Below are positions 38,783 through 49,794 of a stretch of 64,000 bases of DNA, one piece after another. Below the pieces are notes generated by a model. That model saw only the letters and a list, made by a program, of their open reading frames with translations. It made no database searches and was not told where the DNA came from. Position 1 is the stretch's first letter. Each line of letters begins with the position of its first letter. This DNA is from Myxococcota bacterium. GTDB taxonomy: Bacteria > Myxococcota_A > Polyangia > Nannocystales > Nannocystaceae. The stretch lies in NCBI GenBank assembly GCA_039028615.1, contig JBCCHT010000007.1, forward strand, positions 32,001-96,000, given 5' to 3'. The translations under genes and the position numbers were made by a program.

Positions 38783-38819
38783 TCATCACCGCCCACTCCC
38801 AGGGGCGGTGATGATCTTT
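38783..38819 (+). terminator. Probable terminator between convergent genes
   Basis: TCATCACCGCCC-N8-GGGCGGTGATGA followed by TCTTT. Confidence 0.55.
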
Positions 38820-38838
38820 GGGGCGAAGCGGTGAAGGC

Positions 38839-40428
38839 CTACAGATCGTTCCAGGTGCCGGTCACGGCCGGCGCCGGGTCGAGATCGTAGCGGCGTCGTG
38901 CCGTCAGGCGCGGGCTGGTGCCCCCGGCAAGCTCGACGTCGTGGCCGATGAGACCCCGCCGGGTGTCGCCCGTGTCGAGCTCGAACTCGAGCAGGCCGCT
39001 GACGCCCCGGAGGTTGATGTTCTGCCCCGCATCCAGCGTCGACTGGGCGGTGGTGATGAACGACAGGCCCTCGCCAAAGGAGACCGCGGTACCGCTGGGA
39101 TCCGACAGGCGCTCGATCGCCGCCGAGATTTCGGCCCCCGTGCCGTCCCCGCTGGGGATCGAGCTGAGCGCCAGCATCACGGTCATGGCCGCGTCGTAGG
39201 CCTGGCCCGCGTACAGCCCCGCGTCATCGTCGGGGAAGCGGATCTCGTAGCGAATCTCGAAGGGCCCGTGGTTGTCGGCATCGCGGCTGTCGTGGGTGAT
39301 GCCCTCGATCCGGTTGGCCAAGGTGGGACGGAAGCCCTCGCTGACCCCTTCGACGATGGTCTCCATGACCGGGGCCGCCTCGCTGCTGAGCACGAAGGTC
39401 GGCAGGGTGGGCTGGGGATTCGCCTGGGCCCAGGCCTCGAGATAAAAGAGCACCAGCTCGCGCGCTTCGACGCTGCCGAGCACCACGATGACGTCGGGGT
39501 CGAGCTCGAAGATGGTGGCCACGCGGGCGCCGTACTCGGACAGCAGGGCCTGCGAGTCGGAGAACGAGTCCAGGTCGGAGTACAGCAGGGTGCCCAGCGC
39601 GTTGTTGGGCAGGATCCCGCTCAGGCGCGGCGCGAGGTCATCGAGCAGGCCCTGGCCGTAGAGGTCGTTTTTGACCAACGCCACGACCCGCTGGGGCACG
39701 GGGTCGAAGGCCGCGAGTCGGTCGGCGATGCCGGCCGCCTGCACGGCGTCGTTGCCCGCGGTGCGCCACACCAGCTCTTCGTCGACCAGCTGTCCCAGCA
39801 CTCGGGCCGAGGCGGTCGGGCTGATGAGGAAGGTCCCCGCGGGCGCGGTCACGTTGGCGACGTCCACCATCTCGGAGGACAGGCCCGGACCCACGATCGC
39901 GTTGATGCCCGCCACGGTCAGCTCGCGGGCGGCCGCAGCCGCTTCGCTGCCGCTGCCCTGCGAGTCACAGGCGACCCAGGCGATCCGCTTGCCGCCGGGC
40001 AGCGTGGTGGTGGCGTTGAAGTCCTCGACCGCCAGCTGCACCGCGTTCTCCAGCGGAGCGCCGAATGAGGCGTAAGTGCCCGTCCGCGGCAGGATCGAGG
40101 CGATATGCACGATCTGATCGGGCGAGCCGTCGGGTCGAATCCGCAGCTCGCAGCGATCGGTGGTCAGCGCCGCGCACGACCCGGCCGGACCGCAGACGAC
40201 GCTGTCGTCGTAGGCCGCGTGGCAGTCGGCGTCCTCGAGGCACGAGACGTCCGAGGGCGGCGTGGGAATGACGCAAACGTTGTCGCGACAGACCAGGTCC
40301 ACCCCTTGGCTGTTGGTGCAGTCGATGTCCTCGATGCACTCGGAAAAATCCAGCGCGAGCGAGCAGCTGGTCGCCACCCCCAAGCCGAGTCCTGCCGCCA
40401 TCACGGCGATGCACTGTGCAAGTCGCAT
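38839..40428 (-). CDS. Lipoprotein with Cys-rich N-terminus and LivJ-like periplasmic binding (PBP type 1) domain
   Basis: ATSC lipobox; ILPRTG, AVQLAVEDFN, AIVGP, ISPTAS, AYDAA, GVSGLLEF. Confidence 0.88.
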   Translation of the reverse strand: MRLAQCIAVMAAGLGLGVATSCSLALDFSECIEDIDCTNSQGVDLVCRDNVCVIPTPPSDVSCLEDADCHAAYDDSVVCGPAGSCAALTTDRCELRIRPDGSPDQIVHIASILPRTGTYASFGAPLENAVQLAVEDFNATTTLPGGKRIAWVACDSQGSGSEAAAAARELTVAGINAIVGPGLSSEMVDVANVTAPAGTFLISPTASARVLGQLVDEELVWRTAGNDAVQAAGIADRLAAFDPVPQRVVALVKNDLYGQGLLDDLAPRLSGILPNNALGTLLYSDLDSFSDSQALLSEYGARVATIFELDPDVIVVLGSVEARELVLFYLEAWAQANPQPTLPTFVLSSEAAPVMETIVEGVSEGFRPTLANRIEGITHDSRDADNHGPFEIRYEIRFPDDDAGLYAGQAYDAAMTVMLALSSIPSGDGTGAEISAAIERLSDPSGTAVSFGEGLSFITTAQSTLDAGQNINLRGVSGLLEFELDTGDTRRGLIGHDVELAGGTSPRLTARRRYDLDPAPAVTGTWNDL

Positions 40429-40444
40429 GCAGTAGGGCTCCCAG

Positions 40445-41296
40445 TCAGAAACGAAGCGTGGCGTTGAGGCCGGCGCCTTGGCGGCTGGCCCAGGGCGAGA
40501 TCCGCGGGCGACGAGCGACCGCATCCGACCCCTCGCGCCCGGCCTTGTCGCGCTTGACGGAGACGATGGTGACCACGATGCCCGCGACGGCGAGCGCCCC
40601 GCCGACGCCGAACAAGATGTCGGCCCCCAGCGCCAGGCGTCGGCCCTGGTTCGCGGTGGGGTTGCGCTGCTCGAAGGTCTGCTGGTCTTCCAGCTCCTGG
40701 CTTCGAGCGAAGGCGAGGCCGCCCAAGACGCCGCCCGTGGCCAAGCCCGCCGCGCCGACGCCGAGCATGGTGTACCCGGCGATGCGCAGCTTGGTCGGCC
40801 CTTCGGGCTCCGGCTCGGGTTCAGGCTCGGGCTCGGGTTCGGGCTCCGGCTCGGGCTCGGGCTCCGGCTCGGGTTCGGGTTCCGGCTCGGGTTCAGGCTC
40901 GGCCGTCTCTTCGAGGATCGCCCGGAGCACCCGCAGTCGCTCGAGACCGCGCTCGCGAGCCTCGAGGGGGACCCCCGGCTCCTTCACGAAGCGCTCGTAG
41001 TACTCGACCGACTTTTCGAGGTTGCCTTGTTCCTCGTAGACCCGCCCGATGTTGAACATGTAGTTCGGCTCGGGCTCGATCGCGTAGGCCTCCTCGAACA
41101 GGCGAACCGCCTCGTCGTACTCCTTGGCCTGAAACTTCTCGACGGCCTCCGAGATGATGGCGTCGACCTCACTGTTGCCGCTGGGCTGCGCCAATGCGGT
41201 GCGAGGCACGACGCTCAACCCGACCGCGAGTGCGACCGTACCTGCGACGAGTGCCCGTGAGACCCGGGCGAGATTGTTGATGGAGTGTTGGGTCAC
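40445..41296 (-). CDS. Exported TPR protein with (EP)16 linker and C-terminal membrane segments
   Basis: Signal peptide; [12 protein letters not shown]...[12 protein letters not shown]; terminal ...[10 protein letters not shown]. Confidence 0.88.
40802..40900 (-). repeat. Hexanucleotide-period repeat encoding (EP)16E
   Basis: 99 nt with mixed synonymous codons. Confidence 0.9.
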
Positions 41297-43536
41297 TTTC
41301 CTCCGCCGACCGGGAGGAAGATACCCTTGTCGTCCTTCTTGGACGACTCCATGAAAACATCACTCTTGGGTTTGGTTTTCGTCTTGTGGGGCTTGGACGA
41401 ATCAGGCCGCGGATTGGAGCCAGAAGGCGGTCTCCCCGCTCCCGACTTGGGTCGTTTGCCCTTGGTTTTGTGAGTACCCGTTGCAGTTTCGGGTGGCGGC
41501 TCGATCGGATCCTCCCGCTTCACCAACTCGGCCTTGACGGCAGCATTGGCCCCCGCGCTGACGTCGATGGTGCTTTCCCACGGGTAGTGATCCGGGGCCG
41601 AAACCCGCACGCGGTGCTCACCTAGAGGCAACTCGAGTTGCACGGGCGCCTCGCCCCGATCTTCACCGTCGACCTCGACCCGCGCGCCCGCCACGGCTCG
41701 CACTTCGACCGTGCCGATGTTCGCGGGGGTCGGTGTCGGTTGGGCCACGGGCGCGGTCGGGATCTCACCCTCTGCCGTCGGCGTGGCCGGGGCGGTGGCG
41801 GGAGGAGGCGCGTTCGACGCGGCCGATTCCTCCTCGTCGAGGATCAGGAAGGCACTCAGGCCACCGAGCGCGAGCGCCGCGAGGCCGGCGACGGCCACCA
41901 AGATCCCCAGGCGCATGCCGTTGTCGCGACGCTCCTCGGGGTAGGCCGGGGTGATGGTCACCGCATCGGTCGCGCCCGCGGCCACGGGTGCGGTGGGCAA
42001 GGCCGCCAGGGGAGGATCGTCGAGCGCTCCCGTGTCCTTGTTGGCTTCGAGGGTGGTCTCGGTGGAGTCGTCGTCGACGTCGATGGTGAGGACGTCGGAG
42101 ATCTCGGCATCGGCCGCGGCAACCAGGGTCTGCTTGCCCGTGCGCTTGTCCTCGATCTGCTCGAGCCGCTCGACGGCTTCCTTGGCATCGGCCGCGGTGA
42201 CGCGAATGGTGGCCGAGGTCGGCGGGCTGACGAGCCTTGCCGCTTCGGGCTGCTTGCGGGCCGCGGGCACGGGACCGGCGGGAGGCCGCGTCTTGCCGCG
42301 CGGCACCATGGTGGCCCCGGTTCGCGCCGGACCTGGCCGAGGCGGCGGCGGAGGCCGCTTCGAGGGCCCCGTGCTCTCGAGCTTGGGCTTGGGTTTGGGC
42401 CGCGGCATGCCCGAGGGCATCTGCTTGGCCTTGTCTCGCAACGACGCGAGCTCTTCCTCGGCGAGCTTGAGCGGGGCCTCGCCCGTCTTGGCCGCCTTGC
42501 GCAGCAAGGGGCGGGTCCACTCCGCGCTGTCGTTGGTGTCCGATTGCAGCGCGGCGACGTTGGCCGGACCCGAGGTCATGCGCGCCGACCAGTACTTCTC
42601 GGCCGCGGCGCGGGTCTTCTTGTTGGCGTCGGGCAGCTCGAATAGCGGCGCCGGGATGAACTCGAACAGCGCCTCGGCCATCGCGGTGGCGTCGTTCGGC
42701 CGATCGTCGGCGTCCTTGGCCAGGCAGCTCTCGATGAGCTCGATGAGCTCGGCCGGGATGCGATGGGTCTTGGGCAAGCGCTCGGCGAGCGACTTGGGCT
42801 TGCCGTGCACGTGATTGACCAGCACCGCGGCGTCGTGATCGCCCGAGATCGGCGTCTCGCCCGTCAGCATCAGGAAGAACAGGACCCCCAGCGCGTACAC
42901 GTCGACGCGAACATCGAGCTTCTCGCCCTTGATCTGCTCGGGCGACATATAGGCCGCCGTGCCGATCACGTGCGCTTCGGTGATCTCGTCGTCCTCGTCC
43001 TCGTCGATCAGACGGGCGAGGCCGAAGTCCAACATCTTGACGTGGTTGGCCTTGCCCCCGTGCTCGGAGAGCATGATGTTGGGCGGCTTGATGTCGCGCA
43101 GCATGATGCCGCGCTCGTGCACGTAGCCCGCCCCCAGCAGGATCTGCGCCGCGATGGGGATGAACTCCTCGAGCGGCAGGCGCTTGCGCCGGTTGAGATA
43201 GCGCCGCAGCGGCTCGCCGCGGATGAACTCCATCACGATGAACGTGCGGCCCTCGAAGTGGCCGTGGTCGTACATCTTGACCACGTTGACGTGGTCGAGC
43301 TCGGACATGCGCCGCGCCTCGCGATCGAAGCGGGCGACCGCGTCACGGTCTTCGGCCCAGTGCGGGGCCAGCACCTTGACGACGACCTGACGACGCTCCT
43401 TGCGATCGTGAGCGAGGTACACCAAGCCCACCCCGCCGCGGCCGATCAAGCGCTCGATCGCATAGCGGTTGCCGACCGTCCTCCCGAGGAGAGCGTCGTG
43501 GTGGAGCGAATCGGTGGCCGTGCTGGTCGCCATCAT
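41293..43536 (-). CDS. Ser/Thr protein kinase with TM helix and PEGA domain
   Basis: [28 protein letters not shown]-terminal [15 protein letters not shown]...[10 protein letters not shown]. Confidence 0.93.
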
Positions 43537-43927
43537 CTCTTGGCACCGAGACCGCTGCGGGCCTGGGCGCGCGGTGCCGAACGAAGCAAACGAACCCGAG
43601 AGCGAGTTCGGGTTCCGCCGAGCGCATTTTCCAACATTTGCCCACTACCCGTCGCGGGTCCTCGTGGAACGTCGGACCTTGCCTGACAATGTGTAGTGAC
43701 ATCCCACACAAAAGAACTGCGTTCAACGCATTTCTGTGGCGAATCCTGAAAAATCAGGGGGCCGGGAAAAAGCCGCCCAGGAGCCGGACTCGCTTTCTCC
43801 CAAAGGAGGCCGGCGCATAACACGCTGAGGCGATCTCCGGCGTTGCGACCGGTAGAAAATGACCAGGGCGAGCACACTCGGCGGCGTCACCGATCGACGA
43901 TTCGGTGTCATCGCATAGGATGCTCGC

Positions 43928-44734
43928 GTGTCGCCGTCAGACACGGTCGTCGCCCCTCCTCCGACCGCGCCATTGTTCGAGATCCGAGGTCTGCACAAGG
44001 CCTTCGACGACCTCGTGCTCTTCGAAGACACCTCGCTCTCGGTCCATCGCGGGGAGACCTTGTCGATCATCGGCGAGAGCGGCTGCGGCAAGAGCATCTG
44101 GCTCAAGATGATGATCGGGCTCATCGAGCCCGATCAAGGCCAGATCCTCTTCCGCGGCGAGGACGTCGGGCGGATGAACAACGAAGGCCTCGGCAAGCTC
44201 CGGCGCAGCGTGGGCTACCTGTTCCAGGGCGGGGCGCTATTCGACTCGATGACCGTCGTCGACAACGTCGGCTACGCGCTGCGCGAGCACAAGAAGATGC
44301 CCGAGGACGAGATCCGCGAGCGCGTCAGCGTGTGCCTGGAGAAGGTCAACCTCAACCGCCGCATCCTCGACCAGTGGCCGGCGGAGCTGTCGGGCGGCAT
44401 GCGCAAGCGCGTGGCCCTGGCGCGAGCGATCGCGGTGGAGCCGGAGGTCGTGCTCTACGACGAGCCCACCCAGGGCCTCGACCCCCAGAGCATCACCATC
44501 ATCGCCGAGCTCATCAGCGAGCTCCAGGCCGACCTCGACATCACCAGCGTGCTGGTGACCCACGACATGCGCTGTGCCTTCAGCGTCAGCGACCGCATCG
44601 CGATGGTTCACGACCGCCGCATGCCCTACCAAGCGACGCCTCAGGCCCTGGCCGAGAGCACCGACCCCATCGTGCAGGAGTTCATCTCCGAGGCGCTCGA
44701 GGAGCTCGCCAACGACATGCACGCCGAGCCCTGA
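43928..44734 (+). CDS. mlaF: ABC transporter ATP-binding protein, MlaF/Mkl family
   Basis: GESGCGKS, LFQGGALFDS, LSGGMRKRVALARA, YDEPT, VTHD. Confidence 0.85.
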   Translation: MSPSDTVVAPPPTAPLFEIRGLHKAFDDLVLFEDTSLSVHRGETLSIIGESGCGKSIWLKMMIGLIEPDQGQILFRGEDVGRMNNEGLGKLRRSVGYLFQGGALFDSMTVVDNVGYALREHKKMPEDEIRERVSVCLEKVNLNRRILDQWPAELSGGMRKRVALARAIAVEPEVVLYDEPTQGLDPQSITIIAELISELQADLDITSVLVTHDMRCAFSVSDRIAMVHDRRMPYQATPQALAESTDPIVQEFISEALEELANDMHAEP

Positions 44735-44743
44735 GCGGGCGCT

Positions 44744-45847
44744 TCAGCGGCAGCCTTCGTCGCGCGGAGGGCACTTGAAGCGCACGTGCAGGTGGTCGTC
44801 GTGCTTGGGCACGTGCTGCACGAAGCGGTTTTTCGCCCAGCGCCCGTCGGGGTACTGGAAGATGCCGGCCAGCGCCTTGCGAGAGACGCCCGACTTGCGC
44901 GCGGCCTTGTACAGCGTCCCTTGGACTTCGTAGTCCAAGAAGATCTTGGCGGGGCCGCTGCTGGTCTTGGACGCGCGGTGGAACGCCTGGACCAGGGCCC
45001 ATGTCGCCGCCGCATCGAGCTTGCCCTTGCTCGCCTTGACGAACTCCTCCGGGTACCCGTCGGGCACGCCGCGAAAGTACAGGCCCAGGTCGATGTCCCG
45101 GCCGCTCTGGTGAGAGCCGTGCCCGGGCAAGGGCCCACCGCCCCGCGCCGAGATGTCGCCGATCGCCAGCCGATGCACCTTCGGATGCTTGCGATGTACC
45201 GCGTCGATGGCCCGCCGCGTGTGGTCCACGACGTGCTGCGCCCCCCAGACCCAGTCGGGGCGACGCCGAAAATAGAGCGGACTGTGCGGGAGCTGGGCGC
45301 CGCCGACGAGCGTGCCCTTTTGCGGGCGCCCGCGGCTCTGTCCGGGGATCACCCGAATGGAACGCCGCGGCGTGCCGCTATCGATGAGCAGGGTCTGCCC
45401 CACCATGATCACGTCGCCGTCGAGCCCGTTGCTGTCGCGAATCTGTGAAACGGTGGTGCCGTAGCGCACCGCGATCCCGGACAGCGTATCGCCGGCCTCG
45501 ACCCGATGGCTGCGTACTCGGGGGCCCTCGGCCTTGCCCGTGCAGTACGGAATCTTCAGTTTGGTGCCCACTTGAAGCGGGCCGGAGCCGAGCTCGTTGA
45601 CCCGTCGTAGGTCGCCCACGCGACATCCGTTGTCGTGCGCGACCTGCCACAGCGAGTCCCCCGCGACCACCGTGTGGCGGGCGCGGATCGTCTCCTTCGC
45701 TCGGGCGACTTCGGGCTGGGCGATGAGCAGGCCCAGGGCCAACCCCATGCCCCAGCGCAGGGGCCGTGCCCAGCGTCGGGCGGAATCCGTCGATGACGCG
45801 CAGATCACCACGGTCCGAGTCTCGGCACGAGCGGCGAATCGAGGCAA
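44744..45847 (-). CDS. 2xLysM plus penicillin-insensitive murein endopeptidase (MepA-like)
   Basis: HTVVAGDSLW and HRVEAGDTLS LysM domains; IGDIS..GGG..HGSHQSGRDID, HDDHLHVR; true start may be further downstream. Confidence 0.9.
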   Translation of the reverse strand: MPRFAARAETRTVVICASSTDSARRWARPLRWGMGLALGLLIAQPEVARAKETIRARHTVVAGDSLWQVAHDNGCRVGDLRRVNELGSGPLQVGTKLKIPYCTGKAEGPRVRSHRVEAGDTLSGIAVRYGTTVSQIRDSNGLDGDVIMVGQTLLIDSGTPRRSIRVIPGQSRGRPQKGTLVGGAQLPHSPLYFRRRPDWVWGAQHVVDHTRRAIDAVHRKHPKVHRLAIGDISARGGGPLPGHGSHQSGRDIDLGLYFRGVPDGYPEEFVKASKGKLDAAATWALVQAFHRASKTSSGPAKIFLDYEVQGTLYKAARKSGVSRKALAGIFQYPDGRWAKNRFVQHVPKHDDHLHVRFKCPPRDEGCR

Positions 45848-45908
45848 GAAAGTGGCGATCTCGGCGACGTCCCCCGGTCACTGGGGCTAGTCTCTCGGTC
45901 CTGCTGCG

Positions 45909-48900
45909 ATGGCCGACTCGGAAGATGCCAGCGAGCCCGGGGTGAGCACGCCCTCCGCCGACCGCCCCTTCGATGTCGCGCTCGGCACGGACACGCTCGG
46001 CCAGGGCGTGCTCAACAACGACATCTTGCAGCGAGTCTTGGGCGAGCCCGACCCCGAGACCCAGGTCCGGCTGGGCCGCTACACCATCAAAAAGCGCCTC
46101 GGCGCGGGCGGCATGGGCGTGGTGTACCTCGCTCGAGATCCCGAGCTCGATCGCGAAGTCGCTCTCAAGGTCCTCAACCCCGAGCTGCGCTACACCGAGG
46201 ATCGCGACGAGGTCGAGGACCGCATTCGTCAAGAAGCGCGGGCCATGGCGCGGCTGAGCCACCCGCACGTGGTGCACGTGCACGACGTGGGCACCCACGA
46301 AGGCTCGCTCTACGTCGCGATGGAGTTCCTCGATGGCGGCACGCTCAACCAGTGGTGGTCCGAGCACGACCGTCGATGGCAAGAGATCGTCGAGGTCTTC
46401 ACCGCCGCCGCCCGGGGGCTGCATGCCGCTCACGAGGCGGGCATCGTGCACCGCGACTTCAAGCCCGAGAACGTGCTCATGACCCGCGAGGGCGTCCCGA
46501 AGGTCACCGACTTCGGCCTCGCCCGGGTCTCGGATCAAATGCGGGCCAGGGTCGGCCAGTCCATCAGCCCGGTGGGCGGCGCGGCGTCGCTCGGCGAAGG
46601 GGTCACGCTGACCTCGGTCAGCGGCACCCCGGCCTATATGGCCCCCGAGCGCATTCGCGGCCGACCGGGCGATGCCCGCTCCGACCAGTTTTGCTTCTGC
46701 GTGTCGATGTACGAGGGCTTGCTCGGCCGCCGCCCCTACCAAGCCAACTCGATGATGGGCCTGCTGACCCGCATCATCTTCGACCAACGCGAGCCGCCCC
46801 CGGACAACTCGCTGCCGCGAAGCCTGTGGGCGATCATCGAGCGCGGACTCAGCAACGATCCAAAAGACCGTTTTCCCTCGATGGCCGCCCTCGAGGCCGA
46901 GCTCCAGCGATGCCTGCAGCCGGCCTGGAAACGCCACGGGGTGCCGCTGTTTCTCGGCGTGGTGGCCCTGAGCGCGGTCGCGGGCGCGACCTTCAGCCAG
47001 CAGCTCGACGAGGTCGACTGCGAGGACGAGGCCAGCCGCATCGAACGAACGTGGAGCCCGGAAGCCCGCACGACCACCCGCGAAGCCCTGCTCGGCACCG
47101 AGGCCGCCTACGCGCAGTCGACCTGGGAACGCATCGAGACCGAGCTGGACGACTGGACCGGGCGGTGGCGCACGCAATCGCAGGCCGCCTGTGAGGCCCG
47201 AGCCACCGATACGCACGCGGGGCGGCGCGCCGAGTGCCTGGCCGGAGCCGAGCGACAGCTCATCGCCTTGGTCGAAGTGCTGGGGACCGCCGACGCCGAG
47301 ATGGCCGAGCAGGCGAGCCGAGCGACCGCCGACCTGGCCGACCCGGACCGCTGCGCCGACGATGACTGGATCATGACGGGGGTCACCCCGCCGCCGCCGC
47401 TCGGGGTCCGCGATGCCGTCGAGGCGGCGCGGACGAAGCAGGCCAAGGCCGTCGCCCTGATCACCGCCGGTCGCTACGAAGACGCGCGCGCGCTCGTCGA
47501 GCAGGTCATCGCCGCCGCCGAGGAGACGAAGTACACGCCGCTGCTCGCCCGCGGCACGCTCTCCCTCGCCGACCTCGATGCCAACCAGGGCCAGTTCGAA
47601 TCCGCCAAGGATCGCTATATCCAGGCCTACAACCTGGGCAACGAGGCGGACATGCCGTTCATAGCGGCCAAGGCCTCGTTGGAGCTGATCACCACGCTGG
47701 GCGTGCTGCTGTCGCGGCTCGACGAGGGCTATACCTGGGCGCAGCTATGTGAGGGCCACCTGCGGCGGCTGGGTGACAACGCCCCTCTGCTCGAGGCGAT
47801 ACGCCTGCGCTCCTTGTCGCAGCTCGACTATCGCAGCGGCAAGCTCGATCGCTCCCTGCAGCGAGCCAAAGATGCGTATGCCCTCATCGATGCCAACCTC
47901 GCCGCCGATGATCCGAGGCGCCCGGGCTACTTGGAGGCGGTCGGCCTCGCCGAGTACAAGGTCGGCCACGCCGACGAGGCGATGAAGGTCCTCGACGAAG
48001 GCATCGCGCTCGCCGAGCGGATCCACGGCCCCATTCACCCCGACATCTCCCTGCTGCTCAACGACCGCGCCCAGATCTTGACCATGACGGGGCGGCCCGC
48101 CGAAGCCCTCGAGGCGATCGATCGCATCCAGGAGATCGACCGCGCCACCTTGCCCCCCGACCACCCCATGATCTCGACCATCATGGGCAACAAGGCCGTC
48201 GTGCTCCGCACCATGGGCCGCGTCGCCGAGGCCCGCGACATCTTGAGCGAGTCCCTCGAGATCGAGATTCGTCGGCTGGGCCCCGAACACCGCCAGGTCG
48301 GACACACTCACATGAACCTCGGCACGGTGGAGCACCTGCTGGGCAACCTCGACCGCAGCCTCGAGCTGCTCGACAACGCGGAGGACATCTACGCCAAGTC
48401 GGGGACCGCCGACCTGGCCATCGTCCGGGTCCGAGCCTCGCGAGCCCAGGTCCTGCTCGACGCCGGCCGCACGCAAGAGGCACTCGAGGGCGTGCAAGAT
48501 GCCCTGAAGATCGACGCGTCGATCGGCGGCTCCGACCGCGGCCACACCTCCCATATTCGGCTCACCCTCGTCCAGATCCTGACCGCGATGGGCAAGCTCG
48601 ACGAAGCCCTCGAGAAGGCCGAGCTGAGCATCGCCGAGGGCACCGAGCGCGACGGCGAAGAGGCGAGCGTCGTGCGCAAGGGTCGAGTGTTGCGCGCCGA
48701 CCTGCTCGAGCGCCTCGACGACCCGGCGGCCTTCGAGCAGCTCGACGCCCTGTTTGCCGAGCGATCGAAACTCGACGATCCGGGGCCTCACTACCCGACG
48801 CTGCGCTTCGCCCTGGCCCGCGCCCGCTGGAAGCGAGGCGAGCACGCGCCTGCCCTCGCCCTGGCGAAGGAGGTCCGCGACACGATCGGCAACGGAGGCA

Positions 48901-48956
48901 AGGACGCCTGGATCGCGGCCGAGATCGACCAGTGGCTCGCCACCCGGCCGAAGTAG
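45909..48956 (+). CDS. Ser/Thr protein kinase with TPR repeats
   Basis: LGAGGMG, HRDFKPEN, DFG, GTPAYMAPE; GPIHPD and GPEHRQ kinesin-light-chain-type TPRs. Confidence 0.95.
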   Translation: MADSEDASEPGVSTPSADRPFDVALGTDTLGQGVLNNDILQRVLGEPDPETQVRLGRYTIKKRLGAGGMGVVYLARDPELDREVALKVLNPELRYTEDRDEVEDRIRQEARAMARLSHPHVVHVHDVGTHEGSLYVAMEFLDGGTLNQWWSEHDRRWQEIVEVFTAAARGLHAAHEAGIVHRDFKPENVLMTREGVPKVTDFGLARVSDQMRARVGQSISPVGGAASLGEGVTLTSVSGTPAYMAPERIRGRPGDARSDQFCFCVSMYEGLLGRRPYQANSMMGLLTRIIFDQREPPPDNSLPRSLWAIIERGLSNDPKDRFPSMAALEAELQRCLQPAWKRHGVPLFLGVVALSAVAGATFSQQLDEVDCEDEASRIERTWSPEARTTTREALLGTEAAYAQSTWERIETELDDWTGRWRTQSQAACEARATDTHAGRRAECLAGAERQLIALVEVLGTADAEMAEQASRATADLADPDRCADDDWIMTGVTPPPPLGVRDAVEAARTKQAKAVALITAGRYEDARALVEQVIAAAEETKYTPLLARGTLSLADLDANQGQFESAKDRYIQAYNLGNEADMPFIAAKASLELITTLGVLLSRLDEGYTWAQLCEGHLRRLGDNAPLLEAIRLRSLSQLDYRSGKLDRSLQRAKDAYALIDANLAADDPRRPGYLEAVGLAEYKVGHADEAMKVLDEGIALAERIHGPIHPDISLLLNDRAQILTMTGRPAEALEAIDRIQEIDRATLPPDHPMISTIMGNKAVVLRTMGRVAEARDILSESLEIEIRRLGPEHRQVGHTHMNLGTVEHLLGNLDRSLELLDNAEDIYAKSGTADLAIVRVRASRAQVLLDAGRTQEALEGVQDALKIDASIGGSDRGHTSHIRLTLVQILTAMGKLDEALEKAELSIAEGTERDGEEASVVRKGRVLRADLLERLDDPAAFEQLDALFAERSKLDDPGPHYPTLRFALARARWKRGEHAPALALAKEVRDTIGNGGKDAWIAAEIDQWLATRPK

Positions 48957-48959
48957 GCG

Positions 48960-49370
48960 TCAGCCCTTGCCGAGGCGGCTCTGCAGCGCGAAGCGCCCCG
49001 GCCCGGTGAGCAGTAGCCCGAGGAACACGACGCCCGCTTCGATGGCGTGGCTGGCCCCCATGATCCCGTCGCCCTTGCCCAGGTGCATGGTCGCGGCGAC
49101 GGCCATGGTGGCGATCAGCATGGTGCAGGCGGGTCGGAACAGCAGCCCGAGCGCCAGGAGCACGCCGCCGGCCAGCTCGGAGGTGGCGGCCGCGAAGCCC
49201 CACATCGTAGGCGCGAAGTCGATGCCCAGGTGCCGCATGGCGTGACCGAGCTTGGTCCACGCCTTGGCGCCACCCGCCATCTTGGGCCAGCCGTGCAGCA
49301 CGAACATGGTGCCCATGCCGAGGCGAATGACGAGCAGGCCGTGGTCACGCCACTTGTCGAGGCCGGACAT
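48960..49370 (-). CDS. DoxX family membrane protein
   Basis: LLVIRLGMG..FVLHGWPK, ELAGGVLLALGLLFR, TGPGRFAL. Confidence 0.93.
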   Translation of the reverse strand: MSGLDKWRDHGLLVIRLGMGTMFVLHGWPKMAGGAKAWTKLGHAMRHLGIDFAPTMWGFAAATSELAGGVLLALGLLFRPACTMLIATMAVAATMHLGKGDGIMGASHAIEAGVVFLGLLLTGPGRFALQSRLGKG

Positions 49371-49398
49371 GGCCGCGACCATGAAACACATCGCGAAG

Positions 49399-49440
49399 CC
49401 CCGCAAGCCCCAGCGGAGAGACGCCGGGGCTTGCGGGGTT
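49399..49440. terminator. Strong hairpin between the Hpt gene and doxX
   Basis: CCCCGCAAGCCCC...GGGGCTTGCGGGG, perfect 13-bp stem. Confidence 0.5.
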
Positions 49441-49462
49441 CACGACCGTCGGGATGCAGCCC

Positions 49463-49786
49463 TTACTTGCCCCCAAGTCGGGCCCGCGATAGCGCGCCCA
49501 GGGCTGCTTCCCATTCGTCCTGTCCCCCCGCGATGCGTCGGAGCGAGCGCTCCAACCCCGCGGCGGCTTCACCCTGCTCTACGAAACCATACGAGCCTGC
49601 GGTGCCGGCGAGTCGGTGCGCGGCATTGATGGCCTCGGCCAGTGCCCCCGGCGAACGCTCGCAGTGCGCTCGCTTGACCAAGGTCTCGAGCTCGTCGAGC
49701 CGCCCGCCGAGTCGCTCTCCAAAACGACCCCGCAGCTCACTGAGCTTGGTCCGTGCTCGGCTCCGATCCTGAATCTCTGACGTCAT
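49463..49786 (-). CDS. Stand-alone Hpt phosphotransfer protein
   Basis: AAHRLAGTAGSYGF motif in a 107-aa helical protein. Confidence 0.9.
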   Translation of the reverse strand: MTSEIQDRSRARTKLSELRGRFGERLGGRLDELETLVKRAHCERSPGALAEAINAAHRLAGTAGSYGFVEQGEAAAGLERSLRRIAGGQDEWEAALGALSRARLGGK

Positions 49787-49794
49787 CAACGCTC

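Noticed and set aside
40802..40900. Phase-variable microsatellite
   Set aside because: The unit is 6 nt, in frame, with mixed synonymous codons, so it is a protein-level linker rather than a slippage switch.
43085..43105. LRD instead of HRD in the kinase, suggesting a pseudokinase
   Set aside because: The catalytic Asp, Lys, Asn and DFG are all retained.
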